Origin: Auanema rhodensis
Lineage: Eukaryota; Animalia; Nematoda
Assembly: GCA_964057225.1 (NCBI GenBank)
Contig: OZ059897.1
Span: 7,688,001 to 7,752,000 of the forward strand
Direction of reading: 5' to 3'
DNA: 64,000 nucleotides
The notes beneath the pieces were generated by a model, which did no database searches, was not told where the DNA came from, and saw only the letters and a list, made by a program, of their open reading frames with translations. Shown piece after piece: positions 25,155-34,315 of this stretch (the first letter of the stretch is position 1; each line of letters opens with the position of its first letter). A program made the translations under genes and the position numbers.

Positions 25155-26560
25155 CTGGAATAAATAAAAGTTCAAACTAGGTAAGAAAATTAAGTTTTAC
25201 ATGTTCGGGATAGTTAGAATGTAAAAAATTAGCCCCGTAGGGGGCTCGAACCCCTGACCGTTAGATTAAAAGTCTAACGCTCTACCAGCTGAGCTAACGA
25301 GGCTACATATTCTTGTTATTTCATAAAAAAAATAAAGTACGTCCTCAAAGAATAGTTAATTTACTATTAAATTTAATTCAAAAATGCTGTCAAATTTAAA
25401 CGAAAATTCAAGATTCTGGAATAAATAAAAGTTCAAACTAGGTAAGAAAATTAAGTTTTACATGTTCGGGATAGTTAGAATGTAAAAAATTAGCCCCGTA
25501 GGGGGCTCGAACCCCTGACCGTTAGATTAAAAGTCTAACGCTCTACCAGCTGAGCTAACGAGGCTACATATTCTTGTTATTTCATAAAAATAATAAAGTA
25601 CGTCCTCAAAGAATAGTTAATTTACTATTAAATTTAATTCAAGAATGCTGTCAAGTTTAAACAAAAATTCAAGATTCTGGAATAAATAAAAGTTCAAACT
25701 AGGTAAGAGAATTAAGTTTTACATGTTCGGGATAGTTAGAATGTAAAAAATTAGCCCCGTAGGGGGCTCGAACCCCTGACCGTTAGATTAAAAGTCTAAC
25801 GCTCTACCAGCTGAGCTAACGAGGCTACATATTTTTGTTATTTCATAAAAAAAATAAAGTACGTCCTCAAAGAATAGTTAATTTACTATTAAATTTAATT
25901 CAAAAATGCTGTCAAATTTAAACGAAAATTCAAGATTCTGGAATAAATAAAAGTTCAAACTAGGTAAGAAAATTAAGTTTTACATGTTCGGGATAGTTAG
26001 AATGTAAAAAATTAGCCCCGTAGGGGGCTCGAACCCCTGACCGTTAGATTAAAAGTCTAACGCTCTACCAGCTGAGCTAACGAGGCTACATATTCTTGTT
26101 ATTTCATAAAAAAAATAAAGTACGTCCTCAAAGAATAGTTAATTTACTATTAAATTTAATTCAAAAATGCTGTCAAATTTAAACGAAAATTCAAGATTCT
26201 GGAATAAATAAAAGTTCAAACTAGGTAAGAAAATTAAGTTTTACATGTTCGGGATAGTTAGAATGTAAAAAATTAGCCCCGTAGGGGGCTCGAACCCCTG
26301 ACCGTTAGATTAAAAGTCTAACGCTCTACCAGCTGAGCTAACGAGGCTACATATTCTTGTTATTTCATAAAAAAAATAAAGTACGTCCTCAAAGAATAGT
26401 TAATTTACTATTAAATTTAATTCAAAAATGCTGTCAAATTTAAACGAAAATTCAAGATTCTGGAATGAATAAAAGTTCAAACTAGGTAAGAAAATTAAGT
26501 TTTACATGTTCGGGATAGTTAGAATGTAAAAAATTAGCCCCGTAGGGGGCTCGAACCCCT
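25155..26560 (-). repeat. tRNA-Lys(UUU) array, segment 2: 5 intact copies (25231, 25492, 25753, 26014, 26275) plus the 3' part of the split copy (26536-26560)
   Basis: Same 261-bp unit. Confidence 0.97.
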
Positions 26561-26976
26561 TATCGCGAATGCGATTATCCATCATTCAATCGATGCAATC
26601 TCATCACGTTGGCTGATGAGATTCACGGGCACTCTGTTTTTATACCACCGTCGCGGACGGTCGCTTTTCTCTCTCCTCGTTGCTGTCTTTATCTTATGAC
26701 TCATCTAGTCTGAACCACCGTTTTATCCTTGTCCTTTAGTAAGACTATCTCTAGTCTCATTAGTGATGTATATCTAGTCTTATTACATTCACTCTAGTCT
26801 TCTATGTATTTTATCTAGTCTTATTATATATCTTCTAGTCCTTATATTCTGTATTATGTATATCTGAATGGCATATGAATGAATCTTTCTTCCTCTAATA
26901 GTATTTTACGTTAACAGGGCATAGAATAGAAAGTGTGAACCTGGGAGGCTATTTGAAGAGCCCTCTATCTTCAAAA
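26561..26976 (+). repeat. Element 2 5' LTR
   Basis: Identical to 33900-34315; contains ~20-bp TCTAGTC-cored tandem subrepeats at ~26748-26840 and hairpins at 26597-26623 and 26952-26975. Confidence 0.95.
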
Positions 26977-26988
26977 TGGTGCATCGGC
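26977..26988 (+). promoter_or_regulatory. Primer binding site, tRNA-Gly(GCC)
   Basis: TGGTGCATCGGC directly after the 5' LTR, complementary to ...GCCGATGCA-CCA. Confidence 0.85.
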
Positions 26989-29666
26989 ATCACTTTCTAC
27001 TCTATGACCTTTCTATTGCGCTACTTTATCTTTTTTCTTTTTTTTTCTTCAAGCCAGTCTGCTCGTTAATAGTGACTCGTTGGATGTCCTTTACAGTATA
27101 AGTTCACTGATCTAAATACTCTAAAGGAATCGTATGTCAGTATGACATAATTGGTTGTTAAATATTGTCTAGATATCAGTGATAATTAAACATTATTTAA
27201 AATTTTGGTTGATACCATATTTTTGTACCACATGATTACAGAAAGTAACATAGTGGGTTGTTCGCTATATAAACTCTATTGGATTACCCAATGGCTACTT
27301 CCTTTAACTTGCCGGCAGTGACTCAGCTGGGATTGATCACCCCTTATTATGTTTCACAGTATTTTCCTAGGAAGAATATGCGAGAGTACGAGAAAAATGC
27401 AGACAAAGTACCAACAAACACATTTTATGGCGATCTTATTTTTACTGACTGAGGACAGTGAGAAACAATGATATGAATTACGCATTAGCAAAGCTACCGT
27501 CTAAAAACGCTATTTATTCATTTATTCTTTGATTTTGAGACCTTTTTATATCTTTTATATTTTACGTAACTTTCAATAATCATTGCAAACAGTTTTGATA
27601 GACTTCGAGTGCAAAAGTTATTTTAACAATTGTGAATCAATTGAATAGGTGACTAAAAGGCATCTTAGACCAATGTCTCCTTGCTATATGAGTAATGCTG
27701 TCTGTTTCCTCATCTGTAAAGGAGTCAGTATCTTAGAGATCAACGATTATTTGTGAACATGTGTGGAAGGAGCCTATCAACAAGGAACGTCTGTTGACCT
27801 ACTTGTTGATGTTTGTTTGGTACCCTTGCACTCTCGGTAGGTGTTGTTTATATAAAAATGCGAAAGAGTTCCGAGTTTTTACTATTTACGGCTTGTTTTA
27901 TAGTTTTTAAATTTCTTTATTCATCCATTGTCTGTAAATCTATTGTTTCCAACCATATGAGTCATATGTAACGACCAACGGGTCAATGAGAAAGGTCAGA
28001 GTCCAAATCATGAAATTCATAAAATTTATATATTTTATCTTATATAAGATCATCACCCACGTTCTATAGGACAAAATACATTAACTATATTGTTAAAATC
28101 CTACGCAGATGAAAATTTCTGTGAAAAATCACAAAACATCATAATATCCCATCCTACATAGATGAGATAATGATAAGACACGAAAGAGCTACGAATTATC
28201 ATCCTACGCATGTTAAAGCATAAAATATAAATCTCAGCAAAGGTTAAGAGATATTTCCAACATTTTGCACCAAAAAGTCGATTTTAGCAAATATGTTGAC
28301 AAGATACGCGAAAAAAGACAAAAGATGTTGCCATCTGTTCATTGACCTGGTGCGGCGCCATTAGCACCACGCAAACATCTCTCACACATTATCTAGGTCA
28401 TCATCGAATGACATGGAATATCAAAACATTTTAAAATGTTATGAGAAGTTAACCCACTCGTTTTGTTTCAAACGCATTAAATAATCTCATTTAATAATCT
28501 TACATATACTTTTTGCAGATTAGCTCCTCCCTCTTAACATCCCACACGGCCTAGCTGCCAGACAGGTCATTCATTCCGCCGCTACAACCAGCCACAGCAC
28601 CCGACGCCATCTGCTAACCTATTCACCAGACAAGGACAATCGACATCAAGGATCCTCAAGGAGAATCAAGTTAGTTTTCATTTGTTCGCATTAACACTTT
28701 AACCGCTTATTGAATTTGAATTGATACTCTCTGGTATCAATTATACATTTACATTAAGTTGGTAAGTTATTTTATAATTTCAATTTGTTTTATTTTAATT
28801 TTATTATTTCACATTTTATATTGTTTATATTTCATTCACATCTGTTATCTTATACAATTTCCTTTGTTCATCTGTCCAGAAATAAATCTTTTGTCTCAAA
28901 TCACTCATCCTTTTCATACACATACTTTCTGATCAATCAAACAATAATATTTTGAATATTTTTTGGATATCCTTATTATATTTCAACCAATTAATATTAA
29001 TATTGATATTATATTTTTTGATAAAAAACAACAGCATATTTAGTATCAAATTACTCAGAAAACTTTACTGAATTCATCCAAGCTAGTTTGCTCACATTTT
29101 TTGATCGATTTTGGGAAACTCAATTTTTTCTCTCTATTTCCTACAGTAATCTCTCAACTTGAATTGTTCTCTCATCTAGTGAATCATCCAATTTTTCTTT
29201 TTTAACCAGAGAAAGATACTTATTGAATTATCTTTGCCTGAACAATCTCCATTTTAAAAAAAAAAAAAAAAAAAATTAAAAATATACTAACTTAGCTAAC
29301 AAAAAAAAAAAAAAATATATTCAAAAGATAAAACATACATTTTTTTACAAAAGATTCCACACAAGTAATTTAACGAAACAGTAACAACTACACGAAAAAA
29401 CTAACAGTATAACTCTCCAAAGAAAAAACTGTTAACAAATATTCAACTAAATATTCATTGTACCTTCTAATAGTGAACTATTTGCTTATCTTATTTGCTT
29501 ATATTACTTGTTTATTTATATTCCTATTTATATTATATATTGTTATTCCTTCTATCGACAGCTATTATATTCGGACTTTAATTCAATTGATTTTAATAAT
29601 CAATCCACAAATTAGCTAGATTAAACACAAAATTAACTTGAACAATAATATTTCTCTTCAAACAAA

Positions 29667-32600
29667 ATGATTATGAGTCCCTCTTCTCCATCGGAAACTC
29701 GTAACTCGTAACCTGACTGCCTTAGCAAGACAGTTAAGTTGTTTAAAAAGAAATATAACTCACGCGTTGAAGTTGTTCAACACGGTGAAGGAGGACATCC
29801 TCCCGTACCATCAAGCATTCATCTTCCCCCCGGTTGATGACATTGACAGATGTCGAGAGTTCATACATACGCACAAGCCTAGCTTGATGCGTATATATTA
29901 TAAAGCCATCCCGGTTGGGGACGTCTTCCGATCACTACGAGATCAGTTAGACGAACATCGAGTGGTGCTCGAGGAACGCACCCATGTGGACTACCCAGCA
30001 ACTTGGTTGGAATTATACCAAGGTAGCTATAAAAGGATGTTGGCCAAACACCCTCAAGCCCATAAGACCATGAAAGCTCATGAAATCGACCAACTTGTCA
30101 CCAAAGACATTGGCGAAGAACATCCGCCCACAGTTGCAAAACTGATCAAGGGCATTTTGGACTATTGTGATGAGAGAGATCTCATTGTGAACACAGGCGA
30201 AGTTGAGGAATATACTCAACTTATCCAACTTCGCCGAGATGAACTCGATGACTATCAGAGTTCATTTGACTCTACAGTACATGACTCAACAACATTGCAA
30301 AATGACATGAACAGAATGAAATACTCCAGAAAAAATTTAGAGATGAGTTTCTTTTCTGGAATACAAAAACATTTAAACAACATTCAGAAAACACTTGACA
30401 AAATTTGGCAACGATGGCATAATGAATATGTCGTCGCCCTTCGAGCAACACACATGTTGGATCACAAGCAAGGACATTTCTCCACAGCTACACCAAAAGT
30501 AGGCACAGTAGTGCTAATGTCAGATGACAATACGAAACGAAACCAGTGGAAAATGGGTTTAATAACAAGCATACAGAACACGGAATCTGTGAGAGTTGCA
30601 GAAGTCCGTACATCTGATGGACACAAACTAATTAGACCCATCAATCGCCTGATTCCCCTTGAAATTCCTTCCGACAACGAGCATCATACGGAAAACAGTC
30701 ATACGCAGTCCCCACACAAATCAGACAAAACTGTCACGTTTAAAGAAACTCCAGAGGTCATTTTACTCGATAACGAAGTATCCACCGTTGTGGAAACCAG
30801 CACATCGACCGGACCCAATACAACTGAAAACGTGATAGACCCAAACGTTATCACTATCAACGATGATGATGACATCGAAGTGATCACCATTGCAGATGAT
30901 GAAGGTGAAAATGAACCACAACCTCGAAAACGACAACGTCTCCCCAGTTACACACATTTTTTCATAGCCATGATACTGGGTATTCTCGTCAATACAATGT
31001 CCGCAACCAACATCTGCCAGTTCTCTTGCATCAAAGGAGGAGTAGGCATATCAAACTGCGGTACTGGACATCCCATCCGAGTTTGTGCCCGAGAAACATG
31101 TGTAGAGTACAACCCAAATACTCCCAACTTCACCATAGTATTTCCGGCTCATGTTGTATTGCATGACCACACATTCATCTCACGACATATTATCGATAAA
31201 AATGACACATTTGCATTGCATCAACTGGATTGTCCAGCAACTCCGTTTTGCGATATGATTCAATGTCTGTTCTGTCTTGAACTACTCCACAACCCATCTT
31301 GTTTCCCATACGCAGCACTCTCGGCGACCGCACTCATCATATGGCTCATTCTATTTAGCATTCTTTTAAGCATCATAGTCATCCGAATTTGTTCTAAAAA
31401 ATTTGTTCATATTGCACAATACACCCTTTTTTCCGTTTGGCGTATGATCACTCAATGTCTCCCATCTCATATAAGATCTCATATCTCTATTCAGGAAGAA
31501 CGATCGGTACTCGAGTACGTCCCGCTCAGTTCTCACAAGCTACCTCGATGGCAGAAGTCTACACCCTCACAACGATCACGACAACGTGACCGATTAGTTC
31601 ACCGAGTCGGGTATCTTTTGGTTGCAATAATCGTCATTTTTTTGATTGAATCTCTTGTAGTTAATGCATGTACTATTGTTCCTCCGAGTATATCACATGT
31701 TCCAGGCAACTCCGTCTCGAACTTATCACCTACCCACCAAGTCAACCAAGTCAGCAGCTCCACCACCCTCCATACTTACGATAATGAGGTATGTTTCACA
31801 ACTTCACATTCAAACCGATCATACGCCAATCCCCTCACGAACTCACACCTGCGCATCAAACTTATGTATACACGTATACTGTGCACGAAAGTATCCTTAT
31901 TTTTTACACGTCACACCATCGTAAAAACTGAATCCGCAAAACGGTGTCCCCATATGGGCTCTTGTGTAGGATCGTTTTGTGCGAACGTTCGACCCAATAC
32001 ATCAATCTCAGAACTCTCATTAGCCAACCAATATCCAGGTACCAGCTATTGTTCAGAAAGCTGTGGATTTCTATCATGCGGTTGTGCGTTGCCAACTTCT
32101 GGTTGTCTCTTCTATCGCAACTTTCATGTTCCCAATGACAATATCACCCACGAAGTTTTCTACTGCTCACGATGGACACCTAGGGTTTTTCTCCAGATTA
32201 GCATCCATACAGCTATTGAGAACAAAACTGAAACGATCTCGCACGTCCCCTTTTTACCACACTCTACAAAAATCATTAACGGGTACCATATTACTCTTGG
32301 GAGAATAACATATTCTGATAATGAAATCCTCCATAGACGATTCATTACTTCCAACTCGAGAATTGCAGTTTTACCTCACTCTGCTACATTTTCATACTCG
32401 TGCGGAAAAGTTAAAACCGCTGACCCATTCTCCGAATGTACTGTAACAGACACATGTTCATGCAGACCAGCCGAAACAGTCGAAAATTGCTATTGTCAGG
32501 ACAGCAATCCTAACATGCTCTATACTAATAACTACACCCTACCATTATCTCTTCCATCTCTGACCATGATCCCAAAAAACAATCTCATTTTTGCTCATCC

Positions 32601-33309
32601 CATAAGCGCTGTTGACATTAAAATGTGGACAAATATCTCAGATGTCACTTATGAATACGACAATAGTCCTACTATTTGCGAACTAAAATCCAAAGACCTA
32701 GTTGGATGTTTTGACTGTGTTACTGGAGCAACAACAATCATTACTTGCATCAGTACATCATCCCACATTCGAATTTCGTGCGACGATGAAGAATTTCTGC
32801 TTACATGCAATTCTCAGGGTTACAACAACTCTATTCCCATACAGAGCAATTTTTCAACACCGTCTATAACGTGTACTCATCCGTGTACTTCCGCCACATT
32901 ACATCTCAAAGGCAACTTGTACTACGTGAACGAATACATAGGTTTTGAACAGTCCACTCATCAGATTACAAACAGTTCATTCAGTCTCCTGAACGTCGAG
33001 TTTACCATACCGAGCTTTTTTGTACCCACTCACTTAATCAGCTCACTTGTTTCGTTTTACTCGGACTACCTTAAAACGATTGTAATACTATTGAGTGTTT
33101 TGATCACAGTACTCGGCTTTGTAACCGCCGTAATTGACCGCGTCTTCCAGTTGTCAAGTACACCCGCTCTCCTAGCATATTTACCCATACAAATACTTAT
33201 TATCTGCGCAATTCCTTTTCGCATCATTTTTTTCACAATTCATTTGTTGTTCAAGATTGTAGTTCGAGCCAGTCATAGCGCAGTGGCTAAGGGTACGCAC
33301 TCTCAGTGA
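29667..33309 (+). CDS. env: BEL/Pao-derived polyprotein: N-terminal (Gag-N-like) region, integrase C-terminal DUF5641-like domain (~30390-30666), acidic linker, phlebovirus-like Gn (~31006-31390) and Gc class II fusogen (31669-33306); 7-bp duplication frameshift near the start
   Basis: 1180-aa ORF 29767-33309; LDKIWQRWHNEYVVALR...PKVGTVVLM...RNQWKMGLI...RPINRLIPLEI; two internal signal peptides, Cys-rich ectodomains, KRCPHMGSC and CSESCGFLSCGCALPTSGCLFYR fusion-loop region, C-terminal TM. ATG 29667 is in frame once one ACTCGTA copy is removed. Confidence 0.9.
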
Positions 33310-33536
33310 TTGATGACGGGTTCAATACCCAGTGAGTCCTCGATTTATTTTCTCGATTTCTTAGTTCCCTATCATAGCAAACGATTGTTCAATTTGATTT
33401 ACACCAGTCCTACACAATTTATCATTTTGCCGCGGGGAGGTATACTACGTATAAAAACCATCATTATTTCAGTCTTGATAACATCAAAGAATGGAGCGAT
33501 TCCCTTGATCAACTCCAGGATAACGGCAACTCAAAG

Positions 33537-33866
33537 ATGCCTAACAAAAGTCAGAATACGTCTGCACCAAAAAAGCAGAACAACTCTAAAGTGAAGTACA
33601 GAAAAATGGAAGAAGACATGAAATGTCAACTCTGTTGGAAGAAGGGCCACACCATGGGAAAATGCACAGTCTACAAGACTGCAGCACAACGCGTCAAGCG
33701 TTGCAAGTTGATCAACATGTGCTTGAAGTGTTTGCGGAACCACTTTGGAAAACCGTGTGTGGAGAAGATGAAGAAAATATGTCATGTGTGCAAAGGAAGC
33801 GGACTGGACCACGATCATCCTGGTGTATTATGCAAGCTGCAGTTTGCGGAGGAACTAGCAGAATGA
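33537..33866 (+). CDS. Stand-alone BEL/Pao nucleocapsid-like protein with three zinc knuckles (109 aa)
   Basis: CQLCWKKGHTMGKC, CLKCLRNHFGKPC and CHVCKGSGLDHDHPGVLC with the typical R...K...CxxC spacer; basic N-terminus; frame open upstream to a TTTCAG acceptor at 33467-33472. Confidence 0.85.
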   Translation: MPNKSQNTSAPKKQNNSKVKYRKMEEDMKCQLCWKKGHTMGKCTVYKTAAQRVKRCKLINMCLKCLRNHFGKPCVEKMKKICHVCKGSGLDHDHPGVLCKLQFAEELAE

Positions 33867-33890
33867 AATCAGTTCTGATTTCTCTCTCCT

Positions 33891-33899
33891 GGCCCGGAA
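33891..33899 (+). promoter_or_regulatory. PPT-position element of element 2 (GGCCCGGAA)
   Basis: Immediately precedes the 3' LTR; BEL/Pao plus-strand primer tracts are often short and C-interrupted. Confidence 0.55.
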
Positions 33900-34315
33900 T
33901 ATCGCGAATGCGATTATCCATCATTCAATCGATGCAATCTCATCACGTTGGCTGATGAGATTCACGGGCACTCTGTTTTTATACCACCGTCGCGGACGGT
34001 CGCTTTTCTCTCTCCTCGTTGCTGTCTTTATCTTATGACTCATCTAGTCTGAACCACCGTTTTATCCTTGTCCTTTAGTAAGACTATCTCTAGTCTCATT
34101 AGTGATGTATATCTAGTCTTATTACATTCACTCTAGTCTTCTATGTATTTTATCTAGTCTTATTATATATCTTCTAGTCCTTATATTCTGTATTATGTAT
34201 ATCTGAATGGCATATGAATGAATCTTTCTTCCTCTAATAGTATTTTACGTTAACAGGGCATAGAATAGAAAGTGTGAACCTGGGAGGCTATTTGAAGAGC
34301 CCTCTATCTTCAAAA
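33900..34315 (+). repeat. Element 2 3' LTR
   Basis: Identical to 26561-26976. Confidence 0.95.

Larger units (their letters stand above)
26561..34315 (+). mobile_element. Element 2: pol-less BEL/Pao (Belpaoviridae, Cer7/Cer13/Atlas-like) env-bearing LTR element, 7755 bp, inserted in a tRNA-Lys T-arm
   Basis: Identical ~416-bp LTRs; TSD CCCCT (26556-26560 and 34316-34320; 5-7 bp because of an A-run ambiguity); PBS; BEL/Pao integrase C-terminal motif; phlebovirus-like glycoprotein; triple zinc knuckle. Confidence 0.95.

Noticed and set aside
26597-26640. Hammerhead ribozyme (retrozyme) in the element 2 LTR because of CTGATGAG
   Set aside because: The motif is one arm of the AATCTCATCA/TGATGAGATT hairpin, and no GAAA core or stems II/III follow. 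No hammerhead core was seen in the element 1 LTR either.
27000-27935. Antisense multi-exon gene in the 5' internal region of element 2
   Set aside because: Some splice-like signals and an ATG after TTTACAG exist on the minus strand, but every frame has several stops; at best a decayed relic.
30013-33955. Small overlapping or antisense ORFs inside element 2
   Set aside because: Shadow frames of the env and zinc-knuckle genes.
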